DNA from: Paracoccaceae bacterium
GTDB lineage: Bacteria; Pseudomonadota; Alphaproteobacteria; Rhodobacterales; Rhodobacteraceae
Length of the DNA: 64,000 nucleotides
Assembly: GCA_043553855.1 (NCBI GenBank)
Contig: CP121336.1
Coordinates: 3,559,249 to 3,623,248 of the forward strand
Reading direction: 5' to 3'
A model generated the notes under the pieces. The model ran no database searches. It saw only the letters and a list, made by a program, of their open reading frames with translations, and was not told where the DNA came from. The position numbers and the translations under genes were made by a program. This document shows, in pieces, positions 24,596-35,462 of this stretch. How positions within the stretch are numbered: the stretch's first letter is position 1; the number at the start of each line of letters is the position of its first letter.

Positions 24596-25909
24596 TCAGG
24601 CGAGCATGGTCAGCGGGTTTTCGAGGTTTTCCGTGATCGCCTTGAGCAGGTCCGCGCCCAGTGCGCCGTCGATCACCCGGTGATCAACAGACAGGGTCAC
24701 GGACATCACGGTTGCGATCTCCATTTCGCCTGCATCGTTGACGATGGGTTTCTTGATCCCGGCACCCACGGCGAGGATCGCGCCGTGGGGTGGGTTGATC
24801 ACGGCGTCGAAGTTTTCGATCCCGAACATGCCAAGGTTGGAGATCGCAAAGCTGCCGCCCATGTATTCATGCGGGGCAAGTTTGCGGTCGCGGGCACGCG
24901 CGGCGAGGTCTTTCATCTCGGACGACAGTGCGGAGAGCGATTTCATCTCGGCGTCCTTGAGGACCGGCGTGAACAATCCGCCTTCGATGGCGACGGCCAC
25001 GGCCACGTCCGAGGGTTTCAGACGCAGCATACGGTCACCCGCCCAGACGGTATTGGCCTCGGGCACCTGTTGCAGAGCGATTGCACAGGCCTTGATGATG
25101 AAATCATTGACCGAGAGTTTCACGCCGCGCGACGCCAGTTTGGCGTTGAGATCGGCGCGGAAGGCCATCAGTGCATCCAGCTTGATGTCGCGGCGCAGGT
25201 AGAAGTGCGGGATCGTCTGCTTGGCCTCGGTGAGGCGCGCGGCGACGGTCTTGCGCATGCCGTCAAGCTTGACCTCTTCAAAGTCGCGCCCGTCATACAT
25301 TTTCATGACGGTGTTGGCGTCCGGCCCCGTGGGCGCGGAGGCCGGTGCAGCGGCAGAGGCGGATGCCGCCGCGGGTGCAGAGGCAGGGGCCGCTGCCGGT
25401 TTGGCAGACGCCGCTTCTACATCGGCTTTGACGATACGGCCATGCGGGCCAGATCCGGTCAGGGACGCGAGATCAATGCCCTTGTCGGCAGCGATGCGCC
25501 GCGCCAGCGGTGAGGCAAAGATGCGGGTGCCATCCTGCGCGGCCGGAGCGGCAGGGGCAGGGGACGCGGGTGCCGCGCTTGCCGGGGCCGCTTCTGCCGC
25601 GGGGGCGTCGGCGGGTTCGGCTGCAGGGGCTGCAGCAGCGGGTGCGGCGAGATCATCGGCGCTTTCGCCGTCTTCGAGCAGCACCGCAATGGCGGTGTTG
25701 ACCTTGACGCCTTCGGTGCCTTCCTCGATGAGGATCTTGCCGATGGTGCCTTCGTCGACGGCTTCGAATTCCATCGTGGCCTTGTCGGTTTCAATCTCGG
25801 CCAGGATGTCACCCGACGACACGGTGTCGCCTTCCTTGACCAGCCATTTTGCGAGCGTGCCTTCCTCCATCGTGGGAGAGAGGGCGGGCATGAGTATTTC
25901 AGTGGGCAT
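24596..25909 (-). CDS. pdhC: Pyruvate dehydrogenase complex E2, dihydrolipoamide acetyltransferase
   Basis: Lipoyl domain (..[13 protein letters not shown]..), Ala/Pro linkers, an E3-binding domain and a catalytic domain (..[11 protein letters not shown]..). Confidence 0.9.
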   Translation of the reverse strand: MPTEILMPALSPTMEEGTLAKWLVKEGDTVSSGDILAEIETDKATMEFEAVDEGTIGKILIEEGTEGVKVNTAIAVLLEDGESADDLAAPAAAAPAAEPADAPAAEAAPASAAPASPAPAAPAAQDGTRIFASPLARRIAADKGIDLASLTGSGPHGRIVKADVEAASAKPAAAPASAPAAASASAAAPASAPTGPDANTVMKMYDGRDFEEVKLDGMRKTVAARLTEAKQTIPHFYLRRDIKLDALMAFRADLNAKLASRGVKLSVNDFIIKACAIALQQVPEANTVWAGDRMLRLKPSDVAVAVAIEGGLFTPVLKDAEMKSLSALSSEMKDLAARARDRKLAPHEYMGGSFAISNLGMFGIENFDAVINPPHGAILAVGAGIKKPIVNDAGEMEIATVMSVTLSVDHRVIDGALGADLLKAITENLENPLTMLA

Positions 25910-25960
25910 CTGTTATGCTCCTTGTCGTGTGGCGGAGCGAGGGGGTCCCCCCCTCGCGCT

Positions 25961-25989
25961 CCCCGGAGTATTTCCGGCCAGAAGAAGGG
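25961..25989 (+). repeat. Intergenic REP-like element (family 'CCGGAG/GGCGGG-TATTT-N-CCAGAAGAA')
   Basis: CCCCGGAGTATTTCCGGCCAGAAGAAGGG, preceded by the palindrome GCGAGGGGGTCCCCCCTCGC (25937-25957). Related copies lie at 31363, 32487(rc), 52029(rc) and 57927(rc). Confidence 0.6.
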
Positions 25990-25998
25990 CAGACCGCC

Positions 25999-27375
25999 TC
26001 ACCGGTAGGTGACCTGCTTGACGGCTGCGATGACTTCGTCGGTGGTGATCAGCGCGTGCTTTTCAAGATTGGCGGCATAGGGCATCGGCACATCCTTGCC
26101 GGTGCAGTTGATGACCGGCGCGTCGAGATAGTCGAACGCCTCCTGCATCAGCACCGAGGAGATATAGTTGCCGACAGACCCTTGGGGCCAGCCTTCTTCG
26201 ACGGTCACGCAGCGGTTGGTTTTCATCACCGACCGGATGATCGAGGCAGTGTCCATCGGGCGCAGGGTGCGCAGGTCGATGACCTCGGCCGAGATCCCCT
26301 CTTCGGCGAGCTTGTCGGCGGCCTGAAGCGCGTAGGTCATGCCGATGCCAAAGCTGACGATGGTGACGTCCGAGCCTTCACGCCAGATGCGGGCCTTGCC
26401 GAACGGGACGGTGAAATCATCCATGTCGGGCACATCGAAGCTGCGACCGTAGAGGATTTCGTTTTCAAGGAAAATCACCGGGTTGGGATCGCGGATCGCG
26501 GATTTCAGCAGCCCTTTGGCGTCAGAGGCCGAGTAGGGCATGCAGACCTTGAGGCCCGGAACCTGCGCATACCACGCGGCATAGTCCTGGCTGTGCTGGG
26601 CCCCGACGCGGGCAGCGGCACCGTTCGGGCCACGGAACACCATGGGCGCACCCATCTGGCCACCAGACATATAGAGGGTCTTGGCTGCCGAGTTGATGAT
26701 GTGGTCGATGGCCTGCATCGCGAAATTGAAGGTCATGAATTCAACGATCGGACGCAGACCGCCAAAGGCCGCGCCGACGGCGATGCCGGCAAAGCCGTGC
26801 TCGGTGATTGGGGTGTCGATCACGCGCTTGTCGCCGAATTCGTCCAGAAGGCCCTGGCTGATCTTATACGCGCCCTGATATTCGGCGACTTCTTCGCCCA
26901 TCAGGAATACGTTTTCGTCGCCGCGCATTTCTTCGGCCATCGCATCGCGCAGTGCTTCGCGCACGGTTTGTTGCTTGATGGGCGTGCCTTCCGGCCAATC
27001 GGGCGTCTGATCAACCTCGGGTGCCGCAGGAACTGCGCTGGCCGGGGCAGGGGCCGCTTCTGCCGCGGGGGCGTCGGCCGTTTCGGCAGCAGGGGCCGCA
27101 GCAGCGGGTGCGGCGATATCATCGGCGCTTTCGCCGTCTTCGAGCAGCACCGCAATGGCGGTGTTGACCTTGACGCCTTCGGTGCCTTCCTCGATCAGGA
27201 TCTTGCCGATGGTGCCTTCGTCGACGGCTTCGAATTCCATCGTGGCCTTGTCGGTTTCAATCTCGGCCAGAATGTCACCCGACGACACGGTGTCGCCTTC
27301 CTTGACCAGCCATTTTGCGAGCGTGCCTTCCTCCATCGTGGGAGAGAGGGCGGGCATGAGTATTTCGGTTGCCAT
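25999..27375 (-). CDS. pdhB: Pyruvate dehydrogenase E1 beta subunit with N-terminal lipoyl domain
   Basis: ATG 27375 ([17 protein letters not shown]). Lipoyl domain, Ala/Pro linker, then a transketolase-like E1-beta. Confidence 0.9.
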   Translation of the reverse strand: MATEILMPALSPTMEEGTLAKWLVKEGDTVSSGDILAEIETDKATMEFEAVDEGTIGKILIEEGTEGVKVNTAIAVLLEDGESADDIAAPAAAAPAAETADAPAAEAAPAPASAVPAAPEVDQTPDWPEGTPIKQQTVREALRDAMAEEMRGDENVFLMGEEVAEYQGAYKISQGLLDEFGDKRVIDTPITEHGFAGIAVGAAFGGLRPIVEFMTFNFAMQAIDHIINSAAKTLYMSGGQMGAPMVFRGPNGAAARVGAQHSQDYAAWYAQVPGLKVCMPYSASDAKGLLKSAIRDPNPVIFLENEILYGRSFDVPDMDDFTVPFGKARIWREGSDVTIVSFGIGMTYALQAADKLAEEGISAEVIDLRTLRPMDTASIIRSVMKTNRCVTVEEGWPQGSVGNYISSVLMQEAFDYLDAPVINCTGKDVPMPYAANLEKHALITTDEVIAAVKQVTYR

Positions 27376-27395
27376 GTCTGTCTTCTCCTCAGGGG

Positions 27396-28385
27396 TCAGG
27401 CGTAGATGTCGGTCCAAAGTTCCTCGAGCGCGGGCTCGGGGCTTTCCTTGGCAAAATCGGCGGCCGCGTTCACCACGGCCTTGATGTCTTTGTCGATGGC
27501 CTTGAGGTCATCTTCGGTGGCGTGTCCGCCGGTCAGCAGAAGCGAGCGGACGGCCTCGATCGGGTCGCGTTCGTCGCGCATCTTCTGCACTTCTTCACGG
27601 GTGCGATACTTGGCCGGATCGGACATGGAGTGGCCGCGATAGCGGTATGTCTTGATCTCGAGGATATAGGGGCCCTTGCCGGAGCGGCAGTGATCCACAG
27701 CCTTGCGGCTGGCGTCGCGCACGGCGAGCACATCCATTCCGTCCACAGCTTCTCCGGGGATGCCAAAGGCGGCACCGCGTGTATAAAGCTCGGGCGTGGA
27801 GGTCGAACGTTTTTGCGCAGTGCCCATGGCGTATTGGTTGTTTTCGATCACGAAGATAACCGGCAACGCCCAGAGTGCGGCCATGTTGAAGGTTTCGTAG
27901 ATCTGGCCCTGGTTGGCTGCGCCGTCACCGAAATAGGTGAATGTGACGCGCTTGTTGTCCTGATATTTGTCGGCAAAGGCCAAACCGGCCCCCAAGGGCA
28001 CCTGTGCGCCCACGATGCCATGACCACCATAAAAGTGTTTCTCCTTGGAGAACATGTGCATGGAGCCGCCCTTGCCCTTGGACAATCCGCCCTCGCGGCC
28101 GGTCAGCTCGGCCATGACGCCGCCGGGATCCATTCCACAAGCCAGCATGTGCCCGTGGTCACGATAGGACGTGATGCGCTTGTCGCCTTCCTCGGCCGCG
28201 GCTTCAAGACCTACGACCACGGCTTCCTGACCGATGTAAAGGTGGCAGAAGCCACCGATCAATCCCATGCCGTAAAGCTGACCTGCTTTTTCTTCGAATC
28301 GACGGATCAGAAGCATGTCTTTGTAGTAGGTTTTCAGCTCTTCGGCGGAAACGTTTGATTTACTTGAGGTTTTCCGTGTTGCCAT
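27396..28385 (-). CDS. pdhA: Pyruvate dehydrogenase E1 alpha subunit
   Basis: TPP-binding motif (..[13 protein letters not shown]..) and the phosphorylation-loop-like [11 protein letters not shown]. Confidence 0.9.
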   Translation of the reverse strand: MATRKTSSKSNVSAEELKTYYKDMLLIRRFEEKAGQLYGMGLIGGFCHLYIGQEAVVVGLEAAAEEGDKRITSYRDHGHMLACGMDPGGVMAELTGREGGLSKGKGGSMHMFSKEKHFYGGHGIVGAQVPLGAGLAFADKYQDNKRVTFTYFGDGAANQGQIYETFNMAALWALPVIFVIENNQYAMGTAQKRSTSTPELYTRGAAFGIPGEAVDGMDVLAVRDASRKAVDHCRSGKGPYILEIKTYRYRGHSMSDPAKYRTREEVQKMRDERDPIEAVRSLLLTGGHATEDDLKAIDKDIKAVVNAAADFAKESPEPALEELWTDIYA

Positions 28386-28532
28386 GGTGTCGGACCTCTC
28401 CTCCGCGATTATTGTTTAGCGTTAAACTATCTCATACAGAATTTTCTTTCCCGGGGCGAGTGATAAGTTGACGCAAGGCAAGGTCCGGCAATCGGATGCC
28501 GGCAAAAGCCAAATCAAAAGAGGAGAAGGGAC

Positions 28533-28832
28533 TTAACGGATTACGATTTCGTCGGCACGGATCAGACCCAGAACCCGCCGCGCGCGTTCGTCGAGAAGAT
28601 CCAGATCCAGATAGTCATCCGACAAACGCGTCGTCAGCGCTTCCATTCTGGCGACGTTCTCGGCCAGTCGATCCCGGTCGGCGCGCAAACGGTCGGATTC
28701 CGCTTCGATTTCAACCCGGCGGAACAACCCGTAATCACCCTGCACGGCGGCAAAGGTGAAATAGATGCCAAGCGCCATGGCAACGCCGAAAAACAGCACG
28801 GCACCAAAATTGGGGCGGTTGGAACGGGACAC
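28533..28832 (-). CDS. ftsB: Septum formation initiator (FtsB/DivIC family)
   Basis: 99 aa with an N-terminal TM helix followed by a coiled coil. The position downstream of pdhA is typical of alphaproteobacteria. Confidence 0.7.
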   Translation of the reverse strand: MSRSNRPNFGAVLFFGVAMALGIYFTFAAVQGDYGLFRRVEIEAESDRLRADRDRLAENVARMEALTTRLSDDYLDLDLLDERARRVLGLIRADEIVIR

Positions 28833-28952
28833 GGGTCTGATCTGCCTCTTGCTGCCGCGTCTTGTCGCGCGGATGCGGAAATAATGGCACAGATCAGCCG
28901 CGCTGTGAATCCCTCACAGCGCGAAAACCCGCGAAACATGGCGTTTCCTGCA

Positions 28953-30143
28953 TCAGTCGCCCAAAACCGCAACACCGGGAAGGGTCTTGCCCTCCATCCA
29001 TTCCAGGAATGCACCCCCTGCGGAGGAAATATAGGTAAAATCATGGGCCGCATTCGCCTGATTGAGCGCGGCAACCGTGTCACCGCCACCGGCAACGGTC
29101 ACCAGTTTTCCCGCGCGTGTCAGCGCCGCGGCCTTGCGGGCGGCTGAATTGGTGGCCTCATCAAAGGGGGGGATTTCGAACGCCCCCAGTGGTCCGTTCC
29201 AGATCAGGGTGCGGGCACCTTCCATCACGGTTGCGATCCGGGCGACGGTTTCCGGACCGGCATCCAAAATCATCGCGTCCGCAGGGCAGGCATCGGCGGG
29301 CAAGGTTTCGCTGTCGGCCCCGGCGCGGAATTCGCGCGCGACGACGATGTCGCTGGGAAGCACGATATCACAACCCGTCGTGGCGGCTTTGGTCAGGATC
29401 TCAGCGGCTGTCTGGGTCATCTCGTGTTCGCAAAGGGATTTTCCCACGTCGATCCCTTGGGCGGCGAGAAACGTGTTGGCCATGCCACCCCCGATCACCA
29501 GATGGTCCACCTTTTCCACCAGATTGCCCAGCAATTCCAGTTTGGTCGAAACCTTGGCTCCGCCGACAACCGCGACAAGCGGGCGATCGGGCGCGCCGAG
29601 GGCGGCATTCAGAGCGGTCAGTTCCGCTTCCATCAGGCGTCCTGCACAGGATGGCACCAGCCGGGCGACACCTTCGGTAGAGGCGTGCGCCCGGTGCGCG
29701 CAGGAAAAGGCGTCGGCGCAAAAAACATCGCCCAGGTCTGCGAATTCCGCGGCCAGAGCCGGATCGTTCTTTTCCTCGCCGGGATGGAAGCGGGTATTTT
29801 CCAGCACCAGAACCGCGCCTTCACCCAGTGCGGCAATCGCGGCCTGTGCGGCTGGGCCGCGGCAATCGGCGCAGAACGACACCGTCAGGCCAAAAGCTGT
29901 CTCAATCGCGGGGATCAACATCTGCAACGACATTTCTGGAACAACCTTGCCCTTGGGCCGGCCAAAATGCGACAGCAGCACGGGACGACCGCCCTTTGCA
30001 ATGATGTCGTGAACCGTGGGCGCGAGCCGCTGAATACGGGTGTCGTCGGTCACCCGTCCATCTTCGACCGGCACGTTGAGATCGGCGCGCACAAGCACCG
30101 TCTTGGCGTTAAGATCCATGTCGTCGAGGCTGTTCCAGCGCAT
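28953..30143 (-). CDS. pgk: Phosphoglycerate kinase
   Basis: ..[22 protein letters not shown].. motifs, 396 aa. Confidence 0.95.
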   Translation of the reverse strand: MRWNSLDDMDLNAKTVLVRADLNVPVEDGRVTDDTRIQRLAPTVHDIIAKGGRPVLLSHFGRPKGKVVPEMSLQMLIPAIETAFGLTVSFCADCRGPAAQAAIAALGEGAVLVLENTRFHPGEEKNDPALAAEFADLGDVFCADAFSCAHRAHASTEGVARLVPSCAGRLMEAELTALNAALGAPDRPLVAVVGGAKVSTKLELLGNLVEKVDHLVIGGGMANTFLAAQGIDVGKSLCEHEMTQTAAEILTKAATTGCDIVLPSDIVVAREFRAGADSETLPADACPADAMILDAGPETVARIATVMEGARTLIWNGPLGAFEIPPFDEATNSAARKAAALTRAGKLVTVAGGGDTVAALNQANAAHDFTYISSAGGAFLEWMEGKTLPGVAVLGD

Positions 30144-30278
30144 TTTGGCGGCTCCGCTTGTTGATCAGGGTTTTGCGGACCCCATGTCCCTGCATTTGGC
30201 CCATCCGTCAATGCGTCACTTGGCATTTTCGCGGCCCCGGCATAGGTATTGGCCAGAAAGATCAACAAGGAGCGCCCA

Positions 30279-30785
30279 ATGGCCGAGATCAAGGACCCCG
30301 AAAACACGATTCTGATGGAACTCAAGGACGGCACCGTCATCATCGAGCTTCTTCCCGATATTGCGCCCAAGCATTGTGAACGGATGAAGGAACTGGCCCG
30401 TTCGGGTGCATATGACAATGTCTGTTTCCACCGCGTGATCGACGACTTTATGGCCCAGACAGGCGACGTGCAGCACGGTGACATGGAGGACGGGTTCAAC
30501 ATCCGCATGGCAGGCACAGGCGGGTCCGATCTGCCCAACCTTCCTGCAGAGTTTTCGGGCATTCCCCATGACCGGGGCACTTTGGGTGCCGCCCGTTCCG
30601 CCAACCCTGACAGTGCAAATTCGCAGTTCTTTTTGAACTTCAAGGACAACCATTTCCTCAACCGCCAATACACTGTCTATGGTCGTGTGATTTCGGGGAT
30701 GGAGCACGTGGACGCCATCACGCGAGGCGAACCGCCAGCCGATCCCGACCGCATGATCAGCGTCAAGGTGGCCGCCGATGCGTAA
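30279..30785 (+). CDS. ppiB: Peptidyl-prolyl cis-trans isomerase (cytoplasmic cyclophilin)
   Basis: ..FHRVIDDFMAQTGD..ANSQFF.. GGAG lies 7 nt upstream of ATG 30279. Confidence 0.85.
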   Translation: MAEIKDPENTILMELKDGTVIIELLPDIAPKHCERMKELARSGAYDNVCFHRVIDDFMAQTGDVQHGDMEDGFNIRMAGTGGSDLPNLPAEFSGIPHDRGTLGAARSANPDSANSQFFLNFKDNHFLNRQYTVYGRVISGMEHVDAITRGEPPADPDRMISVKVAADA

Positions 30786-31335
30786 GCTGGCTGTTGTCCT
30801 GTCGCTCTTGGCCGGGCCTGCCGTTGCGTCCGGTTTGAACATCGAGGTCGCGGGCGAAGGGGCGAATGGGACCATTTCTATCGACCTCTTCGAAGACGTG
30901 GCACCCGCGCATGTGACCCAGATCACCGCGCTTGCGGCTGACGGGGCTTACGATGGCGTGGTGTTTCACCGTGTGATCGAAGGCTTCATGGCCCAGACAG
31001 GCGACGTTGAATTCGGCGACAGCACGGATGAGTCGTTTTCGATGCGGATGGCCGGGCGCGGTGGGTCGAAGCTGCCCGATATCAAGGCCGAGTTTTCGGA
31101 TGTGCCATTCGATCGCGGTGTGGTGGGCATGGCCCGGTCGCAAAGCCCCGACAGCGCCAATTCGCAGTTCTTCATCATGTTCGAGCCGGGATATTTCCTG
31201 AACGGCGACTATACGGTGGTGGGCCGGGTGACCGATGGCATGGATGTCGTCGACGCGATCAAGCGCGGACGCGGATCCAATGGATCGGTGATCGGGGAAC
31301 CGGACCGGATGATCACGGTGTCGGTCACTGACTGA
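30778..31335 (+). CDS. ppiA: Peptidyl-prolyl cis-trans isomerase (periplasmic cyclophilin with signal peptide)
   Basis: Signal peptide MRKLAVVLSLLAGPAVASG, then a cyclophilin core (..FHRVIEGFMAQTGD..). 8-nt overlap with ppiB. Confidence 0.85.
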   Translation: MRKLAVVLSLLAGPAVASGLNIEVAGEGANGTISIDLFEDVAPAHVTQITALAADGAYDGVVFHRVIEGFMAQTGDVEFGDSTDESFSMRMAGRGGSKLPDIKAEFSDVPFDRGVVGMARSQSPDSANSQFFIMFEPGYFLNGDYTVVGRVTDGMDVVDAIKRGRGSNGSVIGEPDRMITVSVTD

Positions 31336-31362
31336 CGCCGCCACCCGCGGCGGAGGTGGAAT

Positions 31363-31396
31363 GCCTCCGGCGGGAGTATTTGGAGCCAGAAGAAGG
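31363..31396 (+). repeat. Intergenic REP-like element (same family)
   Basis: GCCTCCGGCGGGAGTATTTGGAGCCAGAAGAAGG, immediately downstream of ppiA. Confidence 0.6.
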
Positions 31397-31501
31397 CTCA
31401 GTTGAAAAACAGGGAAGGGGGCACGCGGCTTCACGATCGCGTGCCCCCTCTCGACGCAGGCGCCGATCTGGCGGCAAGCTGACCGTCAGGGAGGACTTGC
31501 C

Positions 31502-32476
31502 ATGCGTGTTTTGTATTGTGTTGTTCTGGCCATGGGGTTGGGTTTGCCCCAGCCCGGAGCGGCCAATCCGGATTTCTGGGTCCATGAATGGCCCGAAACA
31601 GATTTTTCAACCACGTCCATAGATAATTGGGTTGAAATCCTGTCGGGCGGCCCGCCCAAGGATGGCATCCCGGCGTTGGATGATCCACCGATGATCCCGG
31701 TGCAAGAGGCAAAGATTGCCGCCAATGAACCGGTGATCGCGGTCGAAATCGACGGAGAGACACCGCGCGCCTATCCGCTGCGGTTTCTGATGTGGCACGA
31801 AATCGTCAATGACAGGATCGGCGACCTTCCCGTGGCGGTGACGTGGTGTCCGCTTTGTAATTCCGCGCTGGTGTTTGACCGGCGCTCGGAACAGGGCACG
31901 CTGCGGTTCGGGGTTTCGGGCAAGCTGCGCTTTTCCGACATGATCATGTATGATCGCGAAACCCAAAGCTGGTGGCAGCAAACCACCGGAACTGCCATCG
32001 TGGGCGCGCTCACAGGGACGATCTTGGACAGCCTGCCTGTCTGGACCGAAAGCCTTGCCGACTTTGCCAGGCGCAACCCGGACGGACGCGTTATGGCGCA
32101 GCCGAACTGGCCGCGTGCATATGGCAGGAACCCCTATCGTGGGTATGACAGCGCACCGCGCCCGTTTCTGTATTCCGGAACTCCGCCGCCTCATGGCATC
32201 GCGCCGCTGGCCCGTGTGGTGCGCGTGGGCGAACGCGCGTGGCCACTGACCCGGTTGTCCGCGTCCCAAACCCTGACCGAAGCCGGAATCACCCTGACAT
32301 GGGCCGGCACGCATGCCTCGCCGCTGGATGCGGAAACCGTGGCGCAGGGACGCGAAATCGGCACCATCCGGGTGCGCGATGCTCAAGGTAATGACGTGCC
32401 CCACGATGTGATCTTTGCGTTTGTCTTTCATGCGTTCTGGCCAGAGGGAGAGTGGATGCTGACAACGGACCAATAG
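31502..32476 (+). CDS. DUF3179 domain-containing secreted protein
   Basis: Signal peptide. ..KDGIPALDDP..AYPLRFLMWHEIVND..VTWCPLCNSALVFDR.. is characteristic of DUF3179. Confidence 0.75.
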   Translation: MRVLYCVVLAMGLGLPQPGAANPDFWVHEWPETDFSTTSIDNWVEILSGGPPKDGIPALDDPPMIPVQEAKIAANEPVIAVEIDGETPRAYPLRFLMWHEIVNDRIGDLPVAVTWCPLCNSALVFDRRSEQGTLRFGVSGKLRFSDMIMYDRETQSWWQQTTGTAIVGALTGTILDSLPVWTESLADFARRNPDGRVMAQPNWPRAYGRNPYRGYDSAPRPFLYSGTPPPHGIAPLARVVRVGERAWPLTRLSASQTLTEAGITLTWAGTHASPLDAETVAQGREIGTIRVRDAQGNDVPHDVIFAFVFHAFWPEGEWMLTTDQ

Positions 32477-32486
32477 ACCATCGCTG

Positions 32487-32519
32487 TTCTTCTGGCCCCA
32501 AATTCGCCCGCCGGAGGCA
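32487..32519 (-). repeat. Intergenic REP-like element (same family, reverse orientation)
   Basis: Reverse complement reads GCCTCCGGCGGGCGAATTTGGGGCCAGAAGAA. Confidence 0.6.
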
Positions 32520-32547
32520 CCCGATGCGGTGATCCGCGTGACGGCGC

Positions 32548-32579
32548 AAAAGAAAACGCCGCAGGTGATCCCTGCGGCG
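32548..32579 (-). terminator. Rho-independent terminator after the bactofilin gene
   Basis: CGCCGCAGG-tgatc-CCTGCGGCG (32557-32579). On the minus strand it is followed by TTTTCTTTT. Confidence 0.6.
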
Positions 32580-32608
32580 TAAACCTGTCTGTTGTTCTTA
32601 TGCAGGTC

Positions 32609-33142
32609 TTAACCGGCAGCGTCCGGCTTGGCCGTCTGCTGAGGTTTCGCCTGCGGTTGCGCCGGGGCGGCGGCGGCGGGCTTGCGGCCGGTCGGGTTCA
32701 GCGGATCGTCTTGACGTTGAACCGAGCCTTCGAAATGTGCCCCGGATTCGATGGCGATGGTCTTGTGAATGATATCGCCTTCCACCCGCGCGGTAGAGGT
32801 CAGGCGCACCTTGAGCCCGCGCACGCGGCCCACGATACGGCCATTGATCACCACGTCATCCGCGGTCACTTCGCCCTTGATTGTCGCGCTTTCGCCGATG
32901 GTCAGCAGATGGGCGCGAATGTCGCCTTCGACCGTGCCTTCGACCTGAATATCGCCGGTGGTCTTGAGATTGCCGGTAATATGCAGATCGGACGACAGCA
33001 CCGACGCCGGCGGCTTTGGCTTGGGCGCTGCGGCCCGTGGTTCGCCTGCCGCAGGGGCCGCGGGGGCTGCTGTCGGGGCAGCAGGTTTCGACGTTTCAGA
33101 GGCCTTCGGGCCCGGATCATTGATTTTGCTTTTAGAAAACAT
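32609..33142 (-). CDS. Bactofilin (polymer-forming cytoskeletal protein)
   Basis: Central beta-helical repeat (..ITGNLKTTGDIQVEGTVEGDIRAHLLTIGESATIKGEVTADDVVINGRIVG..) flanked by Pro/Ala-rich tails. Confidence 0.8.
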   Translation of the reverse strand: MFSKSKINDPGPKASETSKPAAPTAAPAAPAAGEPRAAAPKPKPPASVLSSDLHITGNLKTTGDIQVEGTVEGDIRAHLLTIGESATIKGEVTADDVVINGRIVGRVRGLKVRLTSTARVEGDIIHKTIAIESGAHFEGSVQRQDDPLNPTGRKPAAAAPAQPQAKPQQTAKPDAAG

Positions 33143-34427
33143 CTCTCGCAGCCTTGATATAGATCATTGGGTTGACGGGTTTGCCGTTCACACGGACTTC
33201 GTAATGCAAATGTACGCCGGTGACACGTCCTGTAGCACCCATATCACCAATGCGATCCCCGCGCGAGACCCGTTGGCCTTCTTTCACGGTGATGCGGGAC
33301 ATGTGTGCGTAGCGGGTCTCGATTCCGAATTCATGCTTGATCTTCACAAGCCGACCATACCCCGAGAGCCAGCCCGCATGAACGACCACGCCATCGGCGG
33401 TGGCGTGCAGCGGAGTGCCCGAGGGACCGGCAAAATCCACGCCATTGTGCATACGCCGCCCGCCGGTCTTTGGGTCGCGACGGTAGCCAAAGCCTGAAGT
33501 AAAGCGGAAGCCGCGATGCACGGGCAGGGCAAAGGGGGCTTTCTCGGCCGCCAGCCGATACAGGTTGAGCTGATCGAGTTGGTTGAGAATGCGGTTTGCG
33601 CGCATGGCGTCGGGGGTGATTTCCTCGCCCATCGTGGAGATCGAGATTGGTGTCAGCGGCCCGCCCTGACCGGAATAGCCGCGCCGAACCTGTTCAAGAA
33701 TCTGTTCGGTGGGCATCCCGGCGGCGCGGAACATCTTGTCGAGCGGTGCCACCGAGACGGACATGGCCTCTTCGATCTGCCGGAAAATCTGTTCGTTGTG
33801 ATCCTCCAACAAGGCCAGTTCGAATTCCAGTTCCTCGGCGCGGTCAAGGGCGGCACGGGCGTTGGCTTGGATCGCGTCACGTTCCGAGGCCGTGCGCTCC
33901 AGCGCTTCGGCCAGGAAACTGGTGGGCACGCCGCTGTCAGCCATTGCGCTGCGGGGGGAGTCACCGCCTTCTTCGGCCTGTTGCTGTAACGCGGCCAGCG
34001 CGCGGCGCGCGGCTTCGCGGTCTTTCATGGTGGCGCGCAGCGTGGTCTGGATGACCTCAATCCCTGTTTCCAGTTCGCGGCGCCGGTTTTCGGATGCCAG
34101 CAATTCGGTTTGCATGACCGAGATCTGGTCAAGTGCCGCGTTGAAACGGTTCTGCGCGGCGATGGTTTCTTCTGCGCGCGAGTCGCGCTCAGCAGCCAGC
34201 GCGTTCAGACGTTCCTGATAAACGCTTTGTTCGCGTTTTGCCTGTTCGCGGAAATTGCCCGCGCCAATACTGTCCATGAGCAGGATCGCGGTGGCGACGA
34301 TTGTCCACGACAGAACAAGCGATGCACCGGAGAATACGATAAATTGGGTAATCGGGCGGAGGCGCACATAACGGGTATCGGTATCGGACTTGAGAAAGAC
34401 CCGCCGTTCGGGAAAAAAACGCTCCAT
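33132..34427 (-). CDS. M23-family metallopeptidase with N-terminal TM helix and coiled coil (LmdC-like)
   Basis: C-terminal LytM motifs (..HNGVDFAG..HLHYEV..). ATG 34427 (MERFFPERRVFLK) was chosen; the track start at 34511 is possible. 11-nt overlap with the bactofilin start. Confidence 0.8.
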   Translation of the reverse strand: MERFFPERRVFLKSDTDTRYVRLRPITQFIVFSGASLVLSWTIVATAILLMDSIGAGNFREQAKREQSVYQERLNALAAERDSRAEETIAAQNRFNAALDQISVMQTELLASENRRRELETGIEVIQTTLRATMKDREAARRALAALQQQAEEGGDSPRSAMADSGVPTSFLAEALERTASERDAIQANARAALDRAEELEFELALLEDHNEQIFRQIEEAMSVSVAPLDKMFRAAGMPTEQILEQVRRGYSGQGGPLTPISISTMGEEITPDAMRANRILNQLDQLNLYRLAAEKAPFALPVHRGFRFTSGFGYRRDPKTGGRRMHNGVDFAGPSGTPLHATADGVVVHAGWLSGYGRLVKIKHEFGIETRYAHMSRITVKEGQRVSRGDRIGDMGATGRVTGVHLHYEVRVNGKPVNPMIYIKAARDVF

Positions 34428-34637
34428 AACGGCGTCGATCCTGATCGCTAGTCTGGTGCGCACGCGCAGCCCCCATCTCGTCCCTAGTGCGACATGGGCT
34501 TCCGGACCCATTGCAGCGCTTGCTTATCCACAGAGGCAGCGTTCGGCAAGGTTCTTGTGCAATTGATACCAATGGTTGTCAAAAAATTGCGCAACTTGGC
34601 GAAATTTCGCCGATGGAGAAGGGGTTAGCCCGTCGCG

Positions 34638-35462
34638 TCAGACATTCTTGCCATCGGCCAAAGGCCAATAGAAGTCCGGAGGGATGCCTGCCTCGGCGCG
34701 TTTTTCTTCATTGAAGGGTGGTTTCAAACCCCCGTGGAAGTACTTGCGCACAAGCGTATGAAACACGTCCTTGGGGTCGCTGTTGTCGCGTCCGCACAAG
34801 AAGTGGAACCATTTTGACCCGTAAGCGACGTGGGCGACTTCCTCGGAATATATGGTCTCAAGCGCGGCGATGGCCTGTTCTGCACCTGCTTTGCGAAACA
34901 CTTCGATCATGCCGGGCGTGACATCCAGACCACGCGCCTCGAGCACCATGGGCACCACGGCGAGGCGTCCCAGAAGGTCGTCCGCCGTATCTTCGGCCGC
35001 GCGCCACATACCGGCGTGGGCAGGGAGAGCGCCATAAAAACTGTTCATGCTTTCAAGGCAGTCGCAGACGAGGTTAAAGTGCTTGGCCTCTTCGTCTCCG
35101 CATTTTACCCAGTCGTCATAAAACCCCATCGGCATCGGGACATGACAGAACCGGGCCAGAATGTCCCAGTGCAGGTCCACCGCGTTCAACTCGATATGGG
35201 CCACGGCGTGCAAAAGGGCGATGCGACCCTGAGGGCTGCCGGGTTTGCGCTTGGGCACGTCGCGCGGGTCCAGAAGTTCCGGCCGCGCTGGACGTGATGG
35301 GCGCAAGGGTGGGGCTGCCTGACCGACCGGAATTTCTGCCGTCTCGCCACGCCGCGCGGCAAACCACGCCGCTGCATGGCGGCGTGCAAGGGCTGTCTTT
35401 TCGCGTCCGTCGGCAGTGGTCAGAACCTCGACGGCCATCTCGGCAAGGGTCGCGGCGCTCAC
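34638..35462 (-). CDS. Ferritin-like DUF455 family protein
   Basis: ..LLHAVAHIELNAVDL..EEAKHF..EARGLD..EEVAHV.. are di-iron-like helices typical of DUF455. GTG start overlaps the bcp stop. Confidence 0.7.
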   Translation of the reverse strand: MSAATLAEMAVEVLTTADGREKTALARRHAAAWFAARRGETAEIPVGQAAPPLRPSRPARPELLDPRDVPKRKPGSPQGRIALLHAVAHIELNAVDLHWDILARFCHVPMPMGFYDDWVKCGDEEAKHFNLVCDCLESMNSFYGALPAHAGMWRAAEDTADDLLGRLAVVPMVLEARGLDVTPGMIEVFRKAGAEQAIAALETIYSEEVAHVAYGSKWFHFLCGRDNSDPKDVFHTLVRKYFHGGLKPPFNEEKRAEAGIPPDFYWPLADGKNV

